NCBI GenBank assembly: GCA_038740895.1
Contig: JAVYLK010000020.1
Span: forward strand, 2,581 to 26,580
From: Candidatus Caldarchaeum sp.
GTDB lineage: Archaea > Thermoproteota > Nitrososphaeria_A > Caldarchaeales > Caldarchaeaceae
Reading direction: 5' to 3'
Length of the DNA: 24,000 nucleotides
Position 1 is the stretch's first letter, and each line of letters opens with the position of its first letter. Positions 16,972-23,524 of the stretch are shown here, piece by piece. Both the position numbers and the translations under genes were made by a program. The notes below the pieces were generated by a model. That model saw nothing but the letters and a program-made list of their open reading frames with translations, had not been told where the DNA came from and did no database searches.

Positions 16972-16981
16972 AAATTAATAG
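16972..16981 (-). promoter_or_regulatory. TATA-like box for tRNA-Leu
   Basis: The minus strand reads 'CTATTAATTT', centred ~30 nt upstream of the tRNA 5' end (16947). Confidence 0.4.
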
Positions 16982-17007
16982 TTTTTCCAGCCCAGCCCAC
17001 GCATAAG

Positions 17008-17015
17008 CTTTTTAC
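17008..17015 (+). promoter_or_regulatory. TATA-like box for the tRNA 5' fragment
   Basis: 'CTTTTTAC' is centred ~26 nt upstream of 17038. Confidence 0.4.
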
Positions 17016-17037
17016 CGGCAAGACCCAGACAACAACA

Positions 17038-17071
17038 GGGCCGGTAGATCAGCCTGGAAGATCGTCCGCCT
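17038..17071 (+). tRNA. tRNA 5' portion only (positions 1-33): truncated, split, or att-site remnant
   Basis: The sequence reads GGGCCGG-TA-GATC-AGCCTGGAA-GATC-G-TCCGC-CT: the acceptor 5' strand, a perfect 4-bp D-stem and the 5' anticodon stem. AT-rich non-tRNA sequence follows. I could not find a matching GCGGA / T-arm / CCGGCCC 3' part anywhere in the window by eye. Confidence 0.6.
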
Positions 17072-17121
17072 AATCATAATATTAGATGGTTGGTTTGTAT
17101 CTCTTTCTTCTTGGTTTTTCC

Positions 17122-17619
17122 CTAATATTCTGTTGCAGTTAGGGCAATTATCCCTGTTTTTAAATGTTTGACAGCATTTACTTCAATACCATTCCCCCCA
17201 TGATAGTTCGGCTGACTGCCTGAAGGAACAAACGGAGGCTCCCCATGCTCTTCATAGCTGAAACATGGTGTTCCGTCCTCAACCCAATAGGGATATTCTA
17301 ACCTCTCTCCCGTCTTTAGCCTCTAAATAAAACAGCGGTTTATACATGTTTGGTATTCTAAACCTCCATCCCGCCGTCACGTCATACCTTCCCCCTAAAC
17401 CTCTCTCCCCTAACAACATAGTCTCCTTTATCGGGTATGTTTAAAGACTGCTGGCAAGGCTTACGGAGATGTGGTTGAAACCCCAGTGGTCTAGGACTGT
17501 TATGCTGAAGGTTCTGAGCTCCCCTGACCATGACGTAGTCTAGGTTTGTGAAGAGGGTTAGAGGCCCTATCCTGCCTCCGTCATCGCCTTTGAAGACTGC
17601 TTTTATTCTAAGCTCGGCC
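17122..17619 (-). pseudogene. frameshifted gene remnant, possibly the C-terminal third of a TnpB/OrfB-like (IS200/IS605-family) protein
   Basis: The track has no ORF in 17077-17619. On the minus strand, three overlapping open segments in successive frames (17382-17619, 17279-17419, 17122-17322) read like protein. The pieces 'AGWRFRIPNMYKPLFYLEAKDGREVR', 'YWVEDGTPCFSYEEHG' and 'GIEVNAVKHLKTG' loosely follow the TnpB pattern W.F....L.YKA...G..V..V.P.YTS..C..CG...D.NAA.NI, with most Zn-finger Cys lost. Confidence 0.3.
17294..17410. repeat. three degenerate direct copies of TCTAA(A)CCTCnnTCCC
   Basis: 17294-17314 'tattctaacctctctcccgtc', 17354-17375 'tattctaaacctccatcccgcc', 17395-17410 'ctaaacctctctcccc'. 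Confidence 0.5.
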
Positions 17620-18207
17620 TTAAGCCTTACGACCGGAGAGTCTTGAGGAGGTTTGATTGTTAGGTTGAAGTATGTGTCGAGGAGCTTGGGTAGAATCTCC
17701 TCTATCAGATGTCCAAAAACCTACAGGCCTGTCATATCCTGAAACCATAAGCTCTATGCTTGTTATGTTGAACACTCCTGGCTCGAAGTTCTTCAGCCTC
17801 ACCAATCCCCATCCAGCTCCGCCGGCATGTATGACTCCCTGCCAGCTGAGCAGGTCTGAAACAACCCTCCAAAACCCTCCCGTCTCCCTGAACAGGCATG
17901 TCGTGAAGACCTCTCCTATCGCGAACCTTCTCTCACCTTGGGTAAACCTGTAGCCGCCGGCGGTAATGTAGTAGGTGTAGAACCATGCGTAGCCCTGCAT
18001 CTCGGCGTAGCCTGTGGTGTTTGTGACGGAGGAGACCCTGTGGCCGGGGTTGTCAAGATTGACTGAGGCTCCGGCTATAGGCTGCTGGCTGGAGCAGTCA
18101 ACAACCCTGACGTAGAATTTGCCGAAAGGCGTTCCAGAAGGAGGAGGCTCAAGCCCGTAAACCGCAGGCAGAAAAAGCAGTATGATTAGAAACAGCCAGC
18201 ACCTCAT
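17620..18207 (-). CDS. secreted hypothetical protein with carboxypeptidase-regulatory-like (prealbumin-type) beta-sandwich signature
   Basis: Signal-like N-terminus 'MRCWLFLIILLFLPAVYG' followed by 'YVRVVDCSSQQPIAGASVNL'. ATG 18207 has a TATA box 28 nt upstream. Confidence 0.6.
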   Translation of the reverse strand: MRCWLFLIILLFLPAVYGLEPPPSGTPFGKFYVRVVDCSSQQPIAGASVNLDNPGHRVSSVTNTTGYAEMQGYAWFYTYYITAGGYRFTQGERRFAIGEVFTTCLFRETGGFWRVVSDLLSWQGVIHAGGAGWGLVRLKNFEPGVFNITSIELMVSGYDRPVGFWTSDRGDSTQAPRHILQPNNQTSSRLSGRKA

Positions 18208-18232
18208 CGAAGCTGTCGTTCTGGAAAGACGG

Positions 18233-18238
18233 TTATAA
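18233..18238 (-). promoter_or_regulatory. TATA box for the secreted-protein gene
   Basis: 'TTATAA' is centred 28 nt upstream of ATG 18207. Confidence 0.45.
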
Positions 18239-18282
18239 GCGGATAGCCGTCAAACAACTGTTAAGAGCCAAAGACAGTTACG

Positions 18283-18290
18283 CTTTTATC
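18283..18290 (+). promoter_or_regulatory. TATA-like box for the exonuclease/Cas4-like operon
   Basis: 'CTTTTATC' predicts a transcription start near 18313. That favours in-frame TTG 18316 over TTG 18298 as the start codon. Confidence 0.4.
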
Positions 18291-18297
18291 CAATAGG

Positions 18298-18942
18298 TTG
18301 TATAGCGATTGTGATTTGCTGTCAGATGTTATCAATAAGAATTCGATTGCCTATAAGCGTTACCAACCTTTAAAAAATTTTCTCTTAGAGAGAACAAACA
18401 GAACCATCTTGATCGATTTGGAAACGGACACTAGGAAGCTCAGGTTTTTAAACAATGAGAGAATCTTGGCGATTGGCCTACTGGAATATTCTTCTTCCGA
18501 CTGTCGCTCGTTGGTTCTCGCAAAAAATAATAACGAATCCGAGAAGAGACTGCTTAGTAGCTTCGACGAGTATTTGGATAATATAGAGCCGGATGTGGTC
18601 GTGGGTTATGGTATACGCTACTATGATATCCCTCTTCTTTCACAGAAGTACACTCTATACCGTAAGGGGCTTAAACTATACGGTCTGAGCGATATGATTG
18701 ACACATCCCTGATAGTTGACCTAGCACCATTCTATGGTTATCGGAAATTAAGCAATATAATCCTTAATCTAGACGGGTTTGATGCACACTGCAAGAGGTT
18801 GGAGCGAGAGTCAGAATCGTCTCAAAAAGCTAGATGGGTTTATGATAAGTGGAGGAAGAGCAGGCGGGGATTCAAAAAATATCTTGAGTGCGACCTGAAA
18901 GCCTGCCGTGAACTCTATGAACAGCTCTTGGGAGAGCTTTGA
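18298..18942 (+). CDS. stand-alone PolB-type DEDDy 3'-5' exonuclease (RNase H fold, COG3359/YprB-like)
   Basis: ExoI 'LIDLETD' (D40/E42, nt 18415-18423), ExoII 'GYGIRYYDIPLL' (D110) and ExoIII 'YLECDLKACRELY' (Y195/D199) occur in canonical order. There is no in-frame ATG near the 5' end; the start is TTG 18298 or, more likely, TTG 18316. Confidence 0.7.
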   Translation: MYSDCDLLSDVINKNSIAYKRYQPLKNFLLERTNRTILIDLETDTRKLRFLNNERILAIGLLEYSSSDCRSLVLAKNNNESEKRLLSSFDEYLDNIEPDVVVGYGIRYYDIPLLSQKYTLYRKGLKLYGLSDMIDTSLIVDLAPFYGYRKLSNIILNLDGFDAHCKRLERESESSQKARWVYDKWRKSRRGFKKYLECDLKACRELYEQLLGEL

Positions 18943-18943
18943 A

Positions 18944-20389
18944 ATGGGTTCTTTCACCGTTACGTGGGAGGATGTGTACGATTTTCTCAGGTGTCCGAAA
19001 ATCCTAGCCTTTAAGACGATGGGTCTGAGGGTACGCAGGCTGGAAAGACGGAAAACACCGCGTGTTCAGCCGAGTGTCGTAGGAAAGCTTGGTGAAATGC
19101 TGGCGGAGAAGGTAATTCCGTCAGTTACCCGTTCGGCGAAAGCAATGGACATCGGATCCTCTCTGAAAGAGACGTCGCCGAGTTTGTTCAGAGAGGTTGC
19201 AGAACGCCTACCATATCTGAAAAAACGGGTAAAGCTTGTGTCCGAGCAGGTGCTGGGAAGGCCTCTACACCATTCGAGTAATTTGGTTAAGAACATTGTG
19301 AAAAGAGATGTCGTCGGCCTAGTTAAGATTGCGTCTATACTAGGGGAAGAGTACGGGAGACTGAAGGTGGTTGGTAGGTGTGATGTGAAATGGCCCGCCC
19401 TACCATCCCATGCCGTACCTGACCTAATCTTCAAGTCGGAGAGGTCAGGGAGTTATTTGGTTGCGGAGGTAAAGAATGTGGAGAGAGGAGCATCGTCGTT
19501 AGATTCTTATCAGGCAGGGTTCTACAACACTTTAAGCAGGATGGGAGGGCTTGTTTTGGGTAGGAGAAGGGAGGGAGAAGCATTCATTCCCCGGCCGGAA
19601 ACCCTCCCTGCCGAAAAGATATCCACAGTACTGCTTTATCCACGCCATGGATTGGTTGAAGAAGTTGAGAAAGTATTCCGGCTGAAGAGCATACTGAAGG
19701 ATATTTGGGAATCTAAACAGCTAGGGCTTATGGGTTTCCAGCCGGAGTCGCCGAAAAAGGACTACTGCACAAAATGCCAGTGGAGAAAGTTTTGCAGCAA
19801 CTGGTCCAACCAAGGACCTAAAACGAGAACCTTGAGCGAAGTCGCCACGCCGTTACCGCTGATTTACGTAAAGGGTGCGCTGGAGAATGGACTCGATGTC
19901 GATACATACGTTTTCAGAGACTATGTATACGACATCATAGTGGAAATGAAAGTGGAGGTGCGCGACCAGATAATGAAGAGGCTGGACAGAGTTTACAGTC
20001 TAGAGTGGCAGCTACGCTTGCTTCAAAGTGACGGCGCCGAGGCTGAAATTAAGAAACTTGAAAAAGTCGCAGAACAATTGGAAATGAGAGAAAAGGCGGA
20101 AGCTACGCGTCTGATAGCTGATGAACTTGGGTTGTCAGTTAAACAGGCGTCGAAACTATACGAATTTACTTACTTGCGTTACCTTGGTTATGAGAAACCA
20201 ATAATAAGTAAAATAAACCGTGATATGGCCTCTGAGTTAGAGCCTTGGAAGAAAATAGTCAGAAAAACTCGGGTGAAGGCTTGGAAGGTTAGATTTTCTC
20301 AACCTCCGTTCCACTCGTTTTTGACCACGTTAGGATTTCCTCAAAAAAGCGAATATTTAATCAACAAAGCTTGGAACACTTGGGATTAA
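18944..20389 (+). CDS. Cas4-like PD-(D/E)xK nuclease with four-Cys Fe-S motif, fused to a ~190-aa helical C-terminal extension
   Basis: ATG 18944 lies 1 nt after the upstream TGA. Numbering from this ATG: 'YDFLRCPK' (C17), 'VPDLIF' (D160), 'VAEVKN' (E175/K177), 'YQAGFY' (QxxxY) and 'CTKCQWRKFC' (C275/C278/C284). The C-terminal part has charged coiled-coil-like 'EAEIKKLEKVAEQLEMREKAEA' and HTH-like 'LIADELGLSVKQASKLYEF'. Confidence 0.8.
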   Translation: MGSFTVTWEDVYDFLRCPKILAFKTMGLRVRRLERRKTPRVQPSVVGKLGEMLAEKVIPSVTRSAKAMDIGSSLKETSPSLFREVAERLPYLKKRVKLVSEQVLGRPLHHSSNLVKNIVKRDVVGLVKIASILGEEYGRLKVVGRCDVKWPALPSHAVPDLIFKSERSGSYLVAEVKNVERGASSLDSYQAGFYNTLSRMGGLVLGRRREGEAFIPRPETLPAEKISTVLLYPRHGLVEEVEKVFRLKSILKDIWESKQLGLMGFQPESPKKDYCTKCQWRKFCSNWSNQGPKTRTLSEVATPLPLIYVKGALENGLDVDTYVFRDYVYDIIVEMKVEVRDQIMKRLDRVYSLEWQLRLLQSDGAEAEIKKLEKVAEQLEMREKAEATRLIADELGLSVKQASKLYEFTYLRYLGYEKPIISKINRDMASELEPWKKIVRKTRVKAWKVRFSQPPFHSFLTTLGFPQKSEYLINKAWNTWD

Positions 20390-20689
20390 CACATCATTCG
20401 AGAACAGACATCCCTAGCAAAGCACGAAATACATGGGAAATACTGGTTAAACAATCGGCCGCAGGCATGTTCATACGGCGCGACCCTAGCATAGTGTTTC
20501 AATCAATTGACAGGCGGGCATCAGACCTAATAGTCTTCCGCTTGAAGGCTGTTAATCGTTTAAAGGCGTGGATTTGAGGTTGTAAGCCTCCCATACTCCC
20601 GCATGTTTGGAACGGAATGTTTTAGCCCAGTCCCAGCAGTCGTCGGAATGTGGGGAGAAATCTATTCACCTAACGTTTTTCTGCAAACG

Positions 20690-20696
20690 TTTAAAT
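20690..20696 (+). promoter_or_regulatory. TATA box for the DUF262/DUF1524 gene
   Basis: 'TTTAAAT' is centred 29 nt upstream of ATG 20722. Confidence 0.45.
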
Positions 20697-20721
20697 CATT
20701 TAAGGCCGCCGTTGAAAAGGC

Positions 20722-22335
20722 ATGGTCGAGCTCAGCAAGCTCTACGAAGACCTTGAAATGGGTTATTACGTGGTGCCGGAGATTCAAAGACCATTTGTTT
20801 GGAGAAACCAGCAAGTGGTGGCGTTAGCTAACTCGATTTTCAACAAGCTGCCCATTGGGGCTATTTTCATATGCGAAATACCTAACGACCTGTTAGAAAA
20901 CTACGAAAATCTGTTCAAACCTTTGACAGACGACCTAAAGCTAGCCAACGGTAGATACATGGTTATAGACGGTAGACAACGGCTCACTTCGCTGCTGTTG
21001 TTGAAATATGGCAGAATTCAAATAGGCGGTAAACAAAGACACGTACAGATTTACTTTAATCCTCTGGAGAATGATTTCATTCTAGCCCGTGGAAAACGCA
21101 AGCCCGGCGAGTACTATTTCCCAGTACCGGACATTCTTACCAAAGATACAGTATGGGAACTCTTAGAATCGGTAGAGGCAGAAGTCTCCACTAAAAACAC
21201 TCTCCAAAAACGTTTAGAAAGACTGCGTCAAATTTTCAACACTTACCAGATGCCAATCGTGTCCGTAGAAATGGACTGGAAAAATAGCGACCTCTTACAG
21301 GCATTTGATAGAGTATCGCACATGTTCGTCAACCTCAACGATAGAGGGACAAAGGTGAAGCTCCCCGACTTAGTATTAGCGCTTCTAACGGGCAAGACTG
21401 TGAAAGAAAGTGGAGGAGTCTTCAGGCAGCGGTTCCAGAAGTTCTTGGATGAGCTGGCGAAAAATGATTACGACGTTAATTCGCCGCCTCTCATCAGGAC
21501 GTACATGGCAATATCTACCGGGGAAACTAGGTTCAGGGAAGCCAAAGAGAAGTTAGAGCGTTTTGCAGCCAGTCAGCTCATGAAATATCTCGACGATACC
21601 AAAACAGCTGTAATGGCAACCGTTAAAATGCTCCGCGAATACGGCGTGAGACACAAGTATCTCAAATCTAGCTATTCACTTGTAATACCCTCCTTTTTCA
21701 TCCACAGACACATGCAGTCGAAAACTTATGCAAGTGAAGAGTTCAAAAAAGCGCTTGTCAGGTGGATTATCCTGGCTTCTTTTAACTGGCGTTATACGGG
21801 TAGACTGGAAGGGGACCTTAAAGAAGATATTGAAATGGCGAAGAAAACCCTTAATCCCGCTGAACTTATCACAAACCTCAGGATTAAAGATTTGTCTGAA
21901 GACGAGTTGTCAGGCGAGTATGACGAAAATCACATCAACCTTTTGTCGGTTATTTACGCAGTTAATGGCGCAAGAGACTGGGACATACAGAGGACACAGG
22001 GTGATATGTTGAAGGACCTGAATGATGAGGAAATATCAATTCACCACATCTTCCCAGTTGAACATTTAGAGCAGAAGGGTGTTAAAGAGGAAGTGCTTAA
22101 AAATGATGTGGCAAACATAACCATAATTTCTAAAAAAGCAAACCAAGCGATAGGAGACAAAACGCCGGAGAGTTATCTAAGTGAGCTCCGTAAGAAAGAC
22201 CCTACCCTTCTGGAACGACATTTAATACCGTCTGCCGAGAAATTATTAAAAGCAGAACACTACGAAGACTTTTTGAAGGAGAGGAGACGGCTGATAATTA
22301 ATGAATTCCATAAACACTTCAAGAGCCAAGCCTAA
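20722..22335 (+). CDS. GmrSD-like DUF262 (ParB-like NTPase) / DUF1524 (His-Me finger nuclease) protein, putative type IV restriction enzyme
   Basis: N-terminal 'YVVPEIQRPFVWRNQQV' and 'VIDGRQRLTSLLLL' (DGQQR-type motif). C-terminal 'ISIHHIFPVEHL' and 'NITIISKKANQAIGDKTPESYL' match the DUF1524 H...N...N pattern. Confidence 0.85.
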   Translation: MVELSKLYEDLEMGYYVVPEIQRPFVWRNQQVVALANSIFNKLPIGAIFICEIPNDLLENYENLFKPLTDDLKLANGRYMVIDGRQRLTSLLLLKYGRIQIGGKQRHVQIYFNPLENDFILARGKRKPGEYYFPVPDILTKDTVWELLESVEAEVSTKNTLQKRLERLRQIFNTYQMPIVSVEMDWKNSDLLQAFDRVSHMFVNLNDRGTKVKLPDLVLALLTGKTVKESGGVFRQRFQKFLDELAKNDYDVNSPPLIRTYMAISTGETRFREAKEKLERFAASQLMKYLDDTKTAVMATVKMLREYGVRHKYLKSSYSLVIPSFFIHRHMQSKTYASEEFKKALVRWIILASFNWRYTGRLEGDLKEDIEMAKKTLNPAELITNLRIKDLSEDELSGEYDENHINLLSVIYAVNGARDWDIQRTQGDMLKDLNDEEISIHHIFPVEHLEQKGVKEEVLKNDVANITIISKKANQAIGDKTPESYLSELRKKDPTLLERHLIPSAEKLLKAEHYEDFLKERRRLIINEFHKHFKSQA

Positions 22336-22348
22336 CTCTCTATTGAAG

Positions 22349-22356
22349 AAATTTAT
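22349..22356 (+). promoter_or_regulatory. TATA box for the Thr-rich protein gene
   Basis: 'AAATTTAT' is centred ~26 nt upstream of ATG 22379. Confidence 0.45.
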
Positions 22357-22378
22357 GTCAGCATCGTAGTATTGGTTC

Positions 22379-23008
22379 ATGAGTTCCCGGGTCATTATGT
22401 TGGCCGCTCTTCTTGCGGCTGGTCTTGTTGCAGGGTTTGGGGCCGGAGCTTTCATCAGACCAGTTACCCATACGGAGACTCTCCGATTAACACTGACCGA
22501 GAGCGTTGTCTCCACCACTACTGTTCCAACCACACTTACAACATCCACGACAGCAACGCTTACCAAACCCACTACAATGACAGCATATATAACACAGACC
22601 ACGAGCAAATTTATTACGACAACTGTCAGGTCAACCATAAGGACGACAACCACAAACACCGCCACCACATATGTGGTCTTTGTCACCACCGTCTACCCAG
22701 CTGAAAGGGGAACGGTGCTGGTTAGCGATAGAGGTAGTGGAGACAAGGAGACAAGACCCTTCACGCTAGACTCAACATCAGACCTCAGGCTGAAGCTAAG
22801 GATAACAGCTAGAGCAGACCTACGGTATGTCGGCCTAAGCTGGTATCTCTACCAAGTTGGTGCCACACGATACTTTAAGTCAGGCAGTATTGATGAAGAG
22901 CAGGGAGTGTTTGAGTTTTACCTAGCGGCTATACCTGCTGGAAACTGGTATGTCAAAATACTGGCTGCCAACTGCAACTGGGAGCTCATAGTCGAGAAGG
23001 TGACGTAG
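22379..23008 (+). CDS. membrane-anchored surface protein with Thr-rich stalk and C-terminal beta-rich domain (hypothetical)
   Basis: Anchor 'VIMLAALLAAGLVAGFGAGAFI', a ~70-aa Thr-rich stretch ('TTTVPTTLTTSTTATLTKPTT...TTTTNTATT') and a C-terminal domain ending 'NWYVKILAANCNWELIVEKVT'. Confidence 0.6.
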   Translation: MSSRVIMLAALLAAGLVAGFGAGAFIRPVTHTETLRLTLTESVVSTTTVPTTLTTSTTATLTKPTTMTAYITQTTSKFITTTVRSTIRTTTTNTATTYVVFVTTVYPAERGTVLVSDRGSGDKETRPFTLDSTSDLRLKLRITARADLRYVGLSWYLYQVGATRYFKSGSIDEEQGVFEFYLAAIPAGNWYVKILAANCNWELIVEKVT

Positions 23009-23061
23009 AGGTTCTGACATATCACCTGAGAAGTGTTCCCATTTTCACCCTACTCTCCCAT

Positions 23062-23069
23062 CTTATATT
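23062..23069 (+). promoter_or_regulatory. TATA-like box upstream of small helical-protein ORF
   Basis: 'CTTATATT' is centred ~32 nt upstream of ATG 23098. Confidence 0.3.
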
Positions 23070-23097
23070 GCCGCAGTTGATGGTATTTTTTATTACA

Positions 23098-23355
23098 ATG
23101 GATTGCCGTCGTAGGCTTGGGGAGGAGCTTGGCAGATGGTCTGGTTTCAGAGACGCTCTTCTACAGAATGAGAGAGAGGTGTTTGACAGGCTTGTGGATA
23201 ATTCTCTCAAGTATGCACGTGGTGCTCAGGCGTATTCTGAGAGGGGTGTTTTCGACCTTTTCGTCATGTCCTCGCTCCTGTCTCATGAGGAAAGACTCCG
23301 CATGCTTGAGAAGATGCTCAACGTAGGAATGAGGGTTGATGGAAGGCTTTTGTAG
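23098..23355 (+). CDS. small helical hypothetical protein (85 aa)
   Basis: The track ORF 23068..23355 begins at TTG. Internal ATG 23098 ('MDCRRRLGEELGRWSGFRDALLQNEREVFDRL') fits the upstream TATA better. I do not recognise a family. Confidence 0.45.
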   Translation: MDCRRRLGEELGRWSGFRDALLQNEREVFDRLVDNSLKYARGAQAYSERGVFDLFVMSSLLSHEERLRMLEKMLNVGMRVDGRLL

Positions 23356-23369
23356 CGTATGGTATTTGG

Positions 23370-23489
23370 ATGCGCAGGCTGCCCCAGCTCATGATAACTA
23401 CAGTCATTCTATTAACGGGTTTAATCATAGTTTTAGCCACGCTCGCCATGGTCACTAGGAATGCTTCGGGCTTCACGCATGGTGGTTGA
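23370..23489 (+). CDS. possible 39-aa single-pass membrane peptide
   Basis: Hand translation gives MRRLPQLMITTVILLTGLIIVLATLAMVTRNASGFTHGG. It starts 14 nt after the preceding stop. It is below the ORF-track cutoff, so support is weak. Confidence 0.3.
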   Translation: MRRLPQLMITTVILLTGLIIVLATLAMVTRNASGFTHGG

Positions 23490-23524
23490 CGTGAACGGCT
23501 TAACCAACAGGTCTTTCAAGCCTG

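Noticed and set aside
18944-20389. The Cas4-like gene as evidence of a CRISPR-Cas adaptation locus.
   Set aside because: I saw no cas1, cas2, other cas genes, or regularly spaced repeats anywhere in the 24 kb. Stand-alone Cas4-like nucleases are common in archaea and their viruses.
20371-20827. Track ORFs 20371..20577 (68 aa) and 20603..20827 (74 aa) in the gap between the Cas4-like and GmrSD-like genes.
   Set aside because: The first starts at TTG inside the upstream gene. The second overlaps the GmrSD-like start and its TATA box in another frame. Neither has an appropriately spaced TATA or recognisable motifs. The 332-bp gap remains unexplained.
22246-22689. 147-aa minus-strand ORF with poly-Val tracts (and the overlapping + strand ORF 22372..22704).
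   Set aside because: It is the antisense or out-of-frame shadow of the Thr-rich region of the 22379..23008 gene. It is low-complexity and has no promoter signal.
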